Below are positions 16,261 through 25,192 of a stretch of 44,377 bases of DNA, piece by piece (position 1 is the stretch's first letter; each line of letters opens with the position of its first letter). The translations under genes were made by a program, and so were the position numbers. This DNA is from a virus. Lineage: Duplodnaviria > Caudoviricetes. Below the pieces are notes generated by a model. That model ran no database searches. It worked only from the letters and a program-made list of their open reading frames with translations, and was not told where the DNA came from. The stretch lies in IMG/VR virus record IMGVR_UViG_3300037461_000959, positions 1 to 44,377 of that record. One strand, given 5' to 3'.

Positions 16261-17058
16261 ATGACCCCAATACCAAAGGAGATTATGACCGATATCCAAG
16301 AGAACGAAATTATCACTGCCGAAGTCACCCCAGCCGCCATCGTACCTATGACCACCAAAGACCTTCAGGCTCGTATCGCCGAAGAGACCGAGCAGCGCAA
16401 ACTCATCACCGATTTTATCGCCATTCACATGAAAGAAGGCGTGGACTACGGCACGATAAAGGTCAAAACCCGTGACGGACGGGAGTTCGAGAGCAAACCC
16501 TCTTTGTTCAAGCCGGGGAGCGAGAAATTCTGTTCCCTGTTCCACTTCCGTCCTACTTTCGAGCGAGACAATGATACCTGGGAAATGACCGGCAAGACCC
16601 CAGGGCTGTTCTGCTATAAATGCGAGCTGGTATCAGCCAATGGCGCCGTTGTTGGTGAAGGCCGGGGAGCTGCCCACTTGAGCGAGAGGCAGGGTTGGAC
16701 GGTCAATAACGCCATCAAGATCGCTGAGAAACGAGCCCAGATCGATGCTGTCTTACGGACTGGCGGCCTGTCCGACTTCTTTACCCAAGATATTGAAGAC
16801 ATGGTAGATGGACAACAACCAAAACCACAACCACAACGGCCGCCACAGCCAGAAAATCGACCCGAGCCTACTAATACTCCGTTACAGGGGCAGGCCACCG
16901 AGAACCAGAAACGAGCCATCTTTGGCAGTCTTAAGCGGTTAGGTATTAGCGCAGAGGAGATGAAAGCCAGGTTTAGCATCGAACACGTGAGCCAGCTATC
17001 CAAACAACAAGCTTCTGAGCTTATCGATAAACTCTACAAAATGGAAAAGAAGGGGTAA
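16261..17058 (+). CDS. Putative single-strand annealing/recombination protein
   Basis: KPSLFKPGSEK, GEGRG and NNAIKIAEKRAQIDAVL...SDFFTQDIED; Pro/Gln linker; ATENQ..AI...LSKQQASELID C-terminal domain typical of phage SSAPs. Confidence 0.65.
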   Translation: MTPIPKEIMTDIQENEIITAEVTPAAIVPMTTKDLQARIAEETEQRKLITDFIAIHMKEGVDYGTIKVKTRDGREFESKPSLFKPGSEKFCSLFHFRPTFERDNDTWEMTGKTPGLFCYKCELVSANGAVVGEGRGAAHLSERQGWTVNNAIKIAEKRAQIDAVLRTGGLSDFFTQDIEDMVDGQQPKPQPQRPPQPENRPEPTNTPLQGQATENQKRAIFGSLKRLGISAEEMKARFSIEHVSQLSKQQASELIDKLYKMEKKG

Positions 17059-17060
17059 CT

Positions 17061-17279
17061 ATGTCGATCGGATTTAATAAAGCGGAAAACCTGTTCGTGT
17101 TTGCCAGACGCTACCAGTTCCCAAAGATACACGCCGAACTGGAGCGCATCGGCATCAAAAACATCATGGTAATGATGAGCCCAGAAAAACAAAGACAACT
17201 GATCGACTACATGTATTCAAATAAGCCCGCCGAGGCACTAATACTGCTCGAAAGGTACCCGAGCGGAAAGGAAGCGTAA
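17061..17279 (+). CDS. Hypothetical protein
   Basis: 72 aa, tightly packed in the operon. Confidence 0.6.
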   Translation: MSIGFNKAENLFVFARRYQFPKIHAELERIGIKNIMVMMSPEKQRQLIDYMYSNKPAEALILLERYPSGKEA

Positions 17280-17281
17280 CT

Positions 17282-17797
17282 ATGAGACGTTACCGAAACG
17301 GCCGGTATGCCACTACCGGCAATTATCAAGCATTCAAGATTATGTTAGCTTCGATAGTGGCTTGTGGCTTAGTGACACTGTTACAACCCAAGCAAGCAGT
17401 CTGGGCTGATCCCCGGTCTGACGCTAAAGTGATTGAGGTAGAGAAGGTGGTGGAGAAGCCGGTTCCTGTGCCGCTGGACTGCAAGACTGAGAAATGTAAG
17501 ATACTGGCGTACATTGTGGAATTGTGGGGAGATCAGGCTGCCGACATGATAACGATCATCAGAAAATGCGAAAACAGCACGTTTGACCAGACGCGCACCA
17601 ACCATAATCGGAATGGTAGCACTGATTACGGAGTCGCTATGGTCAACAGCATCCACACTAAAACATGCGGGGAAGCGTTTAAAACCGATTGGAAAGCTAA
17701 TTTAGATTGTGCTCATAAGATTTACCAACGTGCCGGCAACTCATTCAGTCCTTGGGCATGTTCCCACGTCGTAGGTGTTAAAAGCTTTTGGCAATAA
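17282..17797 (+). CDS. Membrane-anchored lysozyme-fold/lytic transglycosylase
   Basis: N-terminal TM; CENS (catalytic Glu), NRNGSTDYGVAMVNS, NLDCAHKIY and FSPW. Confidence 0.8.
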   Translation: MRRYRNGRYATTGNYQAFKIMLASIVACGLVTLLQPKQAVWADPRSDAKVIEVEKVVEKPVPVPLDCKTEKCKILAYIVELWGDQAADMITIIRKCENSTFDQTRTNHNRNGSTDYGVAMVNSIHTKTCGEAFKTDWKANLDCAHKIYQRAGNSFSPWACSHVVGVKSFWQ

Positions 17798-17799
17798 CT

Positions 17800-17937
17800 A
17801 TGAAACGCACATTCACTATAAGTAAAAAAGATAAATTGAAATTACCACACGATGAAACCCCGCTATATATTCTTATTATAGGCATGATTGCGGGCATTAT
17901 CCTTGCGTTAGCGCTTAGATGGATGGATAAATATTAA
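17800..17937 (+). CDS. Small membrane protein (45 aa)
   Basis: MKRTFTISKK...LYILIIGMIAGIILALALRW. Confidence 0.55.
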   Translation: MKRTFTISKKDKLKLPHDETPLYILIIGMIAGIILALALRWMDKY

Positions 17938-17945
17938 AGGAACTT

Positions 17946-18236
17946 ATGAAACCAAAAGTAAGTAAGTGGGATGAGTTTGACCAAGTAATGACAAAGTGGC
18001 AAAGAGATTATGGACTTGAGGTTGAAGATAATTTCTCATCACTCAAGAATTGGATAAAAACAAACTTTATCCCCCGCCAAGAAGCTATAGAAGCAGTAGA
18101 GGGGATAGATAGAAAGCCAACAAAAGAAGAAATTGAGTGGATGAGCAACTACCAAGAATCAGAACCAAATAATGAATATAAGAATGGCTACAACCATGCC
18201 TTATCAGACGTTATCACCATTATTAAAAAGTTATAA
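17946..18236 (+). CDS. Hypothetical phage protein
   Basis: 96 aa; C-terminal GYNHALSD motif common in small phage proteins. Confidence 0.65.
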   Translation: MKPKVSKWDEFDQVMTKWQRDYGLEVEDNFSSLKNWIKTNFIPRQEAIEAVEGIDRKPTKEEIEWMSNYQESEPNNEYKNGYNHALSDVITIIKKL

Positions 18237-18250
18237 ATAAAGGAGGATAT

Positions 18251-18550
18251 ATGGCAATGATGCCAGTAGAAGCAACCCAAGTAGGCACTTTAAAGCCTAG
18301 TTTACAAGCAAAAATCCAAGAGGTGATGAAACAGGCGATGGATGTTAGAGAATACACCAACCAAGTGTTAAGGACTAGGTTAGCTCCAGTCTTATCCATA
18401 ACTAACCAAGAGGCCATAACACCAAATGAATTTGTGAATGAGCCGGTACCAACTGCTAGGAACTTGATGACTGACTTACATGATTTAAGCCGAATAATAT
18501 CGGCGTTAAGGAAAGACTTGGAAAGTATCAACAATGATTTGGAGGTTTAA
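18251..18550 (+). CDS. Hypothetical protein
   Basis: 99 aa; SD AGGAGG. Confidence 0.65.
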   Translation: MAMMPVEATQVGTLKPSLQAKIQEVMKQAMDVREYTNQVLRTRLAPVLSITNQEAITPNEFVNEPVPTARNLMTDLHDLSRIISALRKDLESINNDLEV

Positions 18551-18587
18551 ACCAACTAGCCACCCCCAAAGAAGGGACAGGAGAATA

Positions 18588-18773
18588 ATGACTAAAACAG
18601 GCCCTCGCCACAAATCAACCTGGCACATCTGCGATGTGTGTCACGAAGAGTTTCTCGCCGTTACCGCGAGGATATGCCCTGATTGTCGTAAGCAAGAGGC
18701 TAACAGGTCATATGGATATCACCGTAGGAATAAACAACGGGAGGATGGTTTGACATCTTACCGCCAACAATAG
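18588..18773 (+). CDS. Small zinc-finger protein
   Basis: CDVC...CPDC; SD AGGAG; ATG at 18588. Confidence 0.6.
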   Translation: MTKTGPRHKSTWHICDVCHEEFLAVTARICPDCRKQEANRSYGYHRRNKQREDGLTSYRQQ

Positions 18774-18783
18774 ATGATGGGGT

Positions 18784-18975
18784 ATGGAGAGAATTAGTCG
18801 CAAAGATGATGAGAACCTCTATCAGCCACAAATCCACTCAAAACGTATTCGGCAGCTTTACAAACTCAGCCAACTATACAACCTGCCGCTAACTGTTATG
18901 GTAGACATGGCAATAGGAGAGTATATAAAACAATTAACTGAAGCGAACGATGAAGAACGAAATCCTAATCAGTAA
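18784..18975 (+). CDS. Small putative DNA-binding (RHH-like) protein
   Basis: YQPQIHSKRIRQLYKLS...PLTVMVDMAIGEY; TTGACA at 18750 with GATGAT 17 bp downstream. Confidence 0.55.
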   Translation: MERISRKDDENLYQPQIHSKRIRQLYKLSQLYNLPLTVMVDMAIGEYIKQLTEANDEERNPNQ

Positions 18976-19807
18976 CGGCACCAACCCACAGGCTGAAATA
19001 CAAAAGCACTCAGAAACGGCCCAGTGGGAATACCGTGACCAGGCCGCCTTCCTTTACCAAGTAGGACAAGAGATGATGGGGCGGTTTTTTAATGGCCTGG
19101 TTTACTTAGATGGCCGCAAGGTCCCAGACCCGCTCATTGCCTTTGATAATCTACGCAATAACAATGTCTTGGCCCAATACGAACTGAAACCTGACGAATA
19201 CGGGCTAATGTACAAGATCACCTATAACACCGCTCATTTTATCGACGTGGATGACAGGAAAGAATACAAGTACGGTAAGTGGGCGATGTGCGAAACCCTC
19301 ACCCACGAGATGCTCCACGCTTGGCAGCAGCATGGCCGAGGCAATCACCCATACAAAAGCGGCAGGAATACCCACAATAAAGAGTTCGTCGCTAAAGCGA
19401 AAGAGCTTGGATTGAACGTCATGCCAGTACGTGGCGCCCATTACCAGGTAGCGGATGAGTCTAGCCCGTTTGCCATTTTAATGCACGAGCTGGGAATCCA
19501 ACGCCCCGATGATGTCCCTAGAGCTGAAGGAGTGAAGGTCAAGGATGATTGGTTCGAGATCGGGAAGAAAAGGAAGGGCAGATCAAGCCTCACAAAATAC
19601 ACCTGCGGCTGCCAGAATGCGTGGATAGGAGCAGCTGAATTTAATGCACTATGCACTGAATGTGGTAACGAGTTCGTCAAAGCCACCGCATTAAGGCAAC
19701 TCATTCAAGGGATGATGAGTGAGATCGATGTGGATGCCGACCCATTCCCCAATGACGATTATGAGGACTTGGGGCTATACATGGACCAGTACCGGAATGA
19801 CTTTTAA
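18950..19807 (+). CDS. SprT-like zinc metalloprotease
   Basis: TLTHEMLHAWQ (HExxH), HNKEF, and C-terminal KYTCGC...CTEC zinc ribbon. Confidence 0.85.
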   Translation: MKNEILISNGTNPQAEIQKHSETAQWEYRDQAAFLYQVGQEMMGRFFNGLVYLDGRKVPDPLIAFDNLRNNNVLAQYELKPDEYGLMYKITYNTAHFIDVDDRKEYKYGKWAMCETLTHEMLHAWQQHGRGNHPYKSGRNTHNKEFVAKAKELGLNVMPVRGAHYQVADESSPFAILMHELGIQRPDDVPRAEGVKVKDDWFEIGKKRKGRSSLTKYTCGCQNAWIGAAEFNALCTECGNEFVKATALRQLIQGMMSEIDVDADPFPNDDYEDLGLYMDQYRNDF

Positions 19808-19808
19808 T

Positions 19809-19982
19809 ATGACGATCAATTTTAATGAACTGGAAAACTGGAAAGTGGAAAAGATGACGAACAAGAGCATAAAACTTACCCTCTGGTTCAACCAAACGGA
19901 TGAGAACTCATTGGGGATGGCACAACTATTAGCGGTCGGTGATGAGCATGAAATAAAGGTTAGTTTGGAACCAAAAGCATGA
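19809..19982 (+). CDS. Hypothetical protein
   Basis: Likely start MTINFNE at 19809; overlaps the next gene (ATGA). Confidence 0.5.
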   Translation: MTINFNELENWKVEKMTNKSIKLTLWFNQTDENSLGMAQLLAVGDEHEIKVSLEPKA

Positions 19983-20359
19983 CCAGTGATCTGTCTAAAT
20001 TACCACCACCGCAAAGAAAAGTAGCCGCTAAAGTATTGTGGGAAGAGGGTTATACGCTAAGGCAAATAGAAGATATTGTTGGATACGATCATTCTTACAT
20101 TGCAGATTTAGCAAAACTTGATACACCGGAAAAATTAGAGGGATTTGAAAAAAGATTACTCGACATATTCCGACATACCGAGAATAGGGTGGCGGCAAAG
20201 TCGTTGAAACGAATAGAAGAAAAGATACCCTTCGCCCAAATTGATGAGGCGCTGGATGTTTATAAGGCTATGAGGGGTAAAGAAACAGCCATTATCAGCC
20301 AGCAGTTTAATAAATTTGAAGTGGTAAACCAGGATGGTGCACAGATCGATATTAAGTAA
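19979..20359 (+). CDS. Terminase small subunit candidate (HTH)
   Basis: EGYTLRQIEDIVGYDHSYI HTH; immediately upstream of terL. Confidence 0.6.
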   Translation: MTSDLSKLPPPQRKVAAKVLWEEGYTLRQIEDIVGYDHSYIADLAKLDTPEKLEGFEKRLLDIFRHTENRVAAKSLKRIEEKIPFAQIDEALDVYKAMRGKETAIISQQFNKFEVVNQDGAQIDIK

Positions 20360-21635
20360 GTGGCAAGAAGAAGTTGCCATTGATCCACACCGCTTCAGGA
20401 TCGTCTGCGCTGGCAGGCGAAGCGGTAAGTCGGTACTCTCCAGGTTAATCATTACCGTCTGGGCATTACGCAAGCCAGGAACATACTGGATAGTCAGTCC
20501 GAATTACAAGCAAAGCAAGATGATCCACTGGAGGGAGATCCAAAATGAAATCCCTAAAGAGTACATTCAAAAGAAGAATGAAGTTGAGCTTTCTCTCACC
20601 TTACGCAATGGCTCTATTATCGAACTCCGGGGTGCTGAAAATCCCGACTCCCTGCGTGGTATTAAGTTACGCGGACTTATCATTGACGAAATTGCCAGCA
20701 TACGTAATTGGGATTGGTTATGGTCAGAAGTATTACGTCCTACGCTCACTGATTACCGAGCTCCCGCCCTCTTTATTTCCACTCCCAAAGGTTTCAATCA
20801 TTTTCATGAGCTGTATATTTCCGGACAAAATGGTACCGGTGACTATAGATCGTGGCGTTTCACATCATATGATAATCCTTTCATCTCAAAGGAGGAGATA
20901 GACAATGCCAAACAAGAACTCACGGAAGATACTTTTGCCCAAGAGTATCTCGCCGATTTTAGGAAATATGTCGGCTTGGTTTACAAAGACTTTCAAAGGG
21001 AAGTCCACGTCATCGAGCCGTTTAATATCCCCGACTCCTGGCAAATATACCGTGGAGTGGACTTCGGTTCCACTAATCCTACTGCTTGTCTATGGATCGC
21101 TGTTGATGGGGATAGTAACTGGTTTGTTGTCGGAGAGCATTATCAAACAGGACAAACCATTGACTTTCATTCTGGCGTTATTAACTCTCATCAGCTTAGC
21201 AGCCGCGTTGGGGTTACGTATGGTGATCCATCAGGTGCGCAATGGATCAGTGAGTTCGCCCAACGTGGCATCTACATCACCCCGGCCAACAAAGAAGTCG
21301 GCACCAACTTCAACACATGGGTTCGGTTCGGTATAGAAAAAGTAGCGGAACAATTAAAACAAACCCCGGGACATATTGTGGCAAAAGTTCCTGATAGAAC
21401 TGCCAGGCTATATGTAGCCTCCACTTGCACCAACCTCATCCACGAGTTTGAAACCTACCGTTGGAAAGAGAAAAGCGTCACCCAAGCTCAAGACCTAAAC
21501 GAACCGGATGTGCCGGAAAAGGCGAATGATCATGCACTAGACGCTTTGAGGTACTTTGCAGTGAGTTACCAGAAACATGAGCCAGTCTATAATTTACCTA
21601 CTTACAAACCTAGCGATTCAGTTATAGGAGTGTAA
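20334..21635 (+). CDS. terL: Terminase large subunit
   Basis: AGRRSGKS Walker A, LIIDE Walker B, ISTPKG, GVDFG nuclease motif, NDHALDALRY. Confidence 0.96.
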   Translation: MVHRSILSKWQEEVAIDPHRFRIVCAGRRSGKSVLSRLIITVWALRKPGTYWIVSPNYKQSKMIHWREIQNEIPKEYIQKKNEVELSLTLRNGSIIELRGAENPDSLRGIKLRGLIIDEIASIRNWDWLWSEVLRPTLTDYRAPALFISTPKGFNHFHELYISGQNGTGDYRSWRFTSYDNPFISKEEIDNAKQELTEDTFAQEYLADFRKYVGLVYKDFQREVHVIEPFNIPDSWQIYRGVDFGSTNPTACLWIAVDGDSNWFVVGEHYQTGQTIDFHSGVINSHQLSSRVGVTYGDPSGAQWISEFAQRGIYITPANKEVGTNFNTWVRFGIEKVAEQLKQTPGHIVAKVPDRTARLYVASTCTNLIHEFETYRWKEKSVTQAQDLNEPDVPEKANDHALDALRYFAVSYQKHEPVYNLPTYKPSDSVIGV

Positions 21636-21637
21636 AT

Positions 21638-21829
21638 ATGCCCATGATGACTGCCGAAGACTTTGCCGAGATCTTAGATGAAAAGGAACCGCATATCAAA
21701 GTGCTCAGGGAGGCGGCTAAGAATATGGACTACGGGGATTTTGAGGTCTTATTTACCGTCAGGGCAGGGGTCATTACCAAAATGCAGTTAAAGTGGGTAG
21801 GGAAGACGTGGTTGAAGGAGAAGCGTTGA
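21638..21829 (+). CDS. Small protein, DUF2292/YezD-like pattern
   Basis: LREAAKNMDYGDFEVLFTVRAGVITKMQ; its stop codon overlaps the TTGACT of cassette copy 2. Confidence 0.55.
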   Translation: MPMMTAEDFAEILDEKEPHIKVLREAAKNMDYGDFEVLFTVRAGVITKMQLKWVGKTWLKEKR

Positions 21830-21911
21830 CTGTAAGTTGGGCAGGTGTTAAAAGTCATTAAGTCCCCACCGTTAAATTAACAGGCAGGACACCCGGAATG
21901 GGTGTCTTTTT
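21826..21911 (+). promoter_or_regulatory. Late cassette copy 2 (before portal)
   Basis: TTGACTGTA..TTAAAAGT; CCGTT-AAATT-AAC(A)GG; CA; GGACACCC-GGAAT-GGGTGTCT-TTTT. Confidence 0.75.
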
Positions 21912-21915
21912 ATTT

Positions 21916-23859
21916 ATGGCGAAATACAACAAAGAAGAGCAAGAGTTAAAAGAGGAAATCCACGAACAGTTTATCTTTTCTAAGCGTTACCTAGACTCCA
22001 TTCACCAACGGATGAATGATCAAGAGGAATTGTATAGGACTTACATAGATAAAAACAACTACCCCCACGGCGCCAGAGTCTTTGACCCAAGGGTCTTCAG
22101 GGTGATCGAGACCGTTACCCCCAGGATGGTAGCCAATGAACCCACCGGTTCTTTCTATCCGTTTGAGGGTGGGGATGTGGTCACCACCCAAATATTAAAT
22201 GCGTTGATGAAATACGACTGGCGGCGGGCCGAGATGTTTCCTAAGTTAGTTGAGTTTGTCAAAGCCATGCTTATCTTTGGCACTTCGTTTGGCCGTACCT
22301 ATTGGGACTTTAGGGAACGGGCCAAGACCCGCATGATCCCGAAAGAGATCAATGGCCGGGTAGTCTGGACTCCCAAGAACGCTGAACAAGTGACCGTGAC
22401 TGAATTTGACGGGCCTAACTTTGAGACTTTAAACATATACGACTGCTTCCCCGATCCTAATGCTTCCAATATCCACAATCTCAGATGGTTTATCTACCGC
22501 ACCTTCAAGACCTTAGACGAATTAAAAGCCGAGAATGAAACCAGAGGTGAAGAGTACTACCAGAACTTAAAGGAACTGGAAAAGAAATTAGAGGACAAGA
22601 AAAAGAAGAAGATGGGAGATAGTGCCACTGAAGGCATGCAGTACCGAGAACACCGGCGGGTGATGCTATCCACCGAAGAATTAAAAGGCGAGGATATATC
22701 AAACCCCGACATTGTCATTTTTAGGCGCTTTACCCGTGATGGATGGTGTGATTACGCCGTCGAACACGACCTCATTTTACGGGAAGTAGAAAACCCCTAC
22801 TTTCACGGGGATATCCCCATCGTTTACGGGGTTGATTACACCTATCCAGGCGAACTGTACGGCATGGGCGAGATCGAGCCGGTAGACCGGGTGCAACGGG
22901 CTATCAATGCTGTTTTAAACCAACGGCTAGACAACGTCCAATTAACGTTAAGGACTATGTGGAAGGTGAAAAAGAACTCTGGGGTGGATATGCACACTTT
23001 AGTCTCTTCACCCGGCAACATCATTACCACGAACGATATGACCGCGGTCGAACCTGTCCAGATACCGGATGTGACCGGGGCAACCTTTGTTCAGACCATG
23101 AATTACTTGACTAGCGCCTTACAGAATGGCACCGGCATCACTGACTACACCACGGGGATAAACTCAAATGCCCACACCGCCAACGAAACAGCCACCGGCA
23201 CCCGTTTGATCCAACAAGAAGCCAACGCCCAATTCAAGTTAAAGGTCCAGCTCTTAAATCACATGGTCATTCAAAGGGTGGCTAACCAGTGGAAAGACTT
23301 ACGCATCCAATACACCACCGAAGCCCAGAAGCTTAGGATCATTGGCCGGGAACAAGTCGACCAAATGAAGCAGGACACTGACCTGGCTAAGATAGACATG
23401 GAAGGCAACCCCATCGTTCCGGGTGATCTAGAGGTGCAGTCCAAACTGGAGCTGTCTAAGGATGGCAATTTCGCCTTCTTGAACTTAATGCCCGAAGACA
23501 TCCAACCGGCTATCGTGGGGGATTATGACTTCATCGCCTCAGTCTCCTCTGACCAGCTGAATGACCCCATTGCCTTACAAGAGAATTTCTTTCTGGCGTT
23601 AGACAAGATCAAAGACCCGGCCTGGGTGCAAGGACTGGCTTCCCAGCAGAAACAGCTCAATTACACCTATCTGACTGAGAAGGTATTTGATAAGTTGCAG
23701 CTGGGGATCGAGGCTAAGGACGTTCTAAGCGATATCCAACCACCGGAAATGATGGGACAGGGGCAACCAATGCCCCAAGAAATGATGGACCAGGTAGCGG
23801 CAGCTCCGGTGGGCAACCCGTTGCCACCAGTTGAAGGAGGACTCAATGGACAGGCCTGA
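21916..23859 (+). CDS. Portal protein (podovirus/P22-like)
   Basis: Large gene after terL; FPDP, YGMGEIE..QRAIN..NQRLDN and TATG...Q motifs; likely start MAKYNK. Confidence 0.88.
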   Translation: MAKYNKEEQELKEEIHEQFIFSKRYLDSIHQRMNDQEELYRTYIDKNNYPHGARVFDPRVFRVIETVTPRMVANEPTGSFYPFEGGDVVTTQILNALMKYDWRRAEMFPKLVEFVKAMLIFGTSFGRTYWDFRERAKTRMIPKEINGRVVWTPKNAEQVTVTEFDGPNFETLNIYDCFPDPNASNIHNLRWFIYRTFKTLDELKAENETRGEEYYQNLKELEKKLEDKKKKKMGDSATEGMQYREHRRVMLSTEELKGEDISNPDIVIFRRFTRDGWCDYAVEHDLILREVENPYFHGDIPIVYGVDYTYPGELYGMGEIEPVDRVQRAINAVLNQRLDNVQLTLRTMWKVKKNSGVDMHTLVSSPGNIITTNDMTAVEPVQIPDVTGATFVQTMNYLTSALQNGTGITDYTTGINSNAHTANETATGTRLIQQEANAQFKLKVQLLNHMVIQRVANQWKDLRIQYTTEAQKLRIIGREQVDQMKQDTDLAKIDMEGNPIVPGDLEVQSKLELSKDGNFAFLNLMPEDIQPAIVGDYDFIASVSSDQLNDPIALQENFFLALDKIKDPAWVQGLASQQKQLNYTYLTEKVFDKLQLGIEAKDVLSDIQPPEMMGQGQPMPQEMMDQVAAAPVGNPLPPVEGGLNGQA

Positions 23860-24145
23860 ATTGACTGATGCCCAGAAACAGCAGTTAGAGGAAACTTGCG
23901 CTCGAGGCGTAGCTTTTGAAGAGATCATCCACTCTAAAGGCTGGAAACTGATCACCGGCTACTATGAGAGCCTGGTCAAGAACTTCGTCAATGAGGTGCT
24001 ACTTCAAGATGCTAAGCCCATCTCTGAGTTTGAAACCCAACGCAGGGAGATCATCGGCTTAAGAAAGCTCATGAACCAGATCAATGACGATGTGGAGGTA
24101 TTAAAGAATGAGCGAGAGCGTCCCGCCCCTGCCGCCTCAGAGTGA
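23846..24145 (+). CDS. Conserved small head-module protein
   Basis: SKGWKLI motif; between portal and scaffold; SD AAGGAGG. Confidence 0.65.
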   Translation: MDRPELTDAQKQQLEETCARGVAFEEIIHSKGWKLITGYYESLVKNFVNEVLLQDAKPISEFETQRREIIGLRKLMNQINDDVEVLKNERERPAPAASE

Positions 24146-24353
24146 CACTGACTTTTGGCAAGGGAGAAACTATATCGGAAGACCACAGCCGATAGATATC
24201 TGCGCCACCCACACTAAAAACAATTGGATGACGCATAAAGGTTATAGAGATAACCATGACGGGACCATCTCTTGCGTGTATTGTCCTTGGGGAACGAAAG
24301 TCCCCGGCTATTTAAAAATTAAAGATGAATGCGTAGTTGACTTGCGAGCCTAA
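24108..24353 (+). CDS. Hypothetical protein with C..H/CxxC
   Basis: 81-aa ORF, CVYCPWG. Confidence 0.55.
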   Translation: MSESVPPLPPQSDTDFWQGRNYIGRPQPIDICATHTKNNWMTHKGYRDNHDGTISCVYCPWGTKVPGYLKIKDECVVDLRA

Positions 24354-24448
24354 ACTAGCCGCTACTGGCGGTTACTTCAGCCTCACAAGGCTGCTATTAG
24401 TAATTGGCCGTTCTGGGTTACGGACTTAACCCTGCACAAAGGAGGACC

Positions 24449-25162
24449 ATGAACGACATGGCCGACCAACTAGCTGCCGCCCTCGATGGGCATCAGGTGA
24501 CTGATGAGGAGGGCAAGGTGGAGGAGTCAGAAACCCCCGATCTGGAATCAGCCCCAGAGAACCAAACGACTGAGGATGAATCAGCCCCGGTAGAGACACC
24601 GCCCGTCCAGGAAGAGGAAGCTTCCAAGGCTTCTGAACCTGAAGATGGAGAACCACTCGCTGAGGATGAATCAGGCAAGAAGTACGTCCCTGAGAAGAGG
24701 TTTAACCAGGTTTACGGCAAGATGAAGGACTATGAACGACAGCTAGAAGAGCAGGAAGCTCAGAAAGCCAAAGGCGAAGCCCTTTTACAGCAGAAACCTA
24801 AGTCTGAAAGCAAACCGGTTAAAGTCGATAAAGCCGACATTCTCGAACTCAAGATGACGTTGCCCCAGTTTGACCCTAACAAAGAGGAGTATTCCCCTGA
24901 GTTAGACAAACTTGGCTTTAACATACTTAGAGCCAACCCTGGCATGACTCCCTTAGAGGCAGGACATGAGGCGCTTAAACTCGCCAAACAACTGGCTAAA
25001 AAGGAAGCCTTAGTTAGGGAAGAGGCGCGCTCTGTTAAATCCCAACAGAGTGACAGTGGGCTTACCACCCGCGTTGTTTCTAGGGGCCAGACCCAGATTG
25101 ACCCCAACTCTATGACCGAACAGGAATTAGAAGCGTACATGAAACAAAACGGGATGTGGTAA
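24449..25162 (+). CDS. Capsid scaffolding protein
   Basis: Acidic disordered N-terminus, VPEKRFNQV motif, coiled coil; directly before the capsid gene; SD AGGAGG. Confidence 0.75.
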   Translation: MNDMADQLAAALDGHQVTDEEGKVEESETPDLESAPENQTTEDESAPVETPPVQEEEASKASEPEDGEPLAEDESGKKYVPEKRFNQVYGKMKDYERQLEEQEAQKAKGEALLQQKPKSESKPVKVDKADILELKMTLPQFDPNKEEYSPELDKLGFNILRANPGMTPLEAGHEALKLAKQLAKKEALVREEARSVKSQQSDSGLTTRVVSRGQTQIDPNSMTEQELEAYMKQNGMW

Positions 25163-25192
25163 GAGTGGCTATTGGAATGAGGTGAAATATTT

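Noticed and set aside
21898-21915. Upstream starts given in the track for portal (21898), GroES (26267) and 34185
   Set aside because: These extensions translate the terminator hairpin and U-tract (e.g. MGVFLF, MVVFF); the ATGs after the U-tracts are more plausible.
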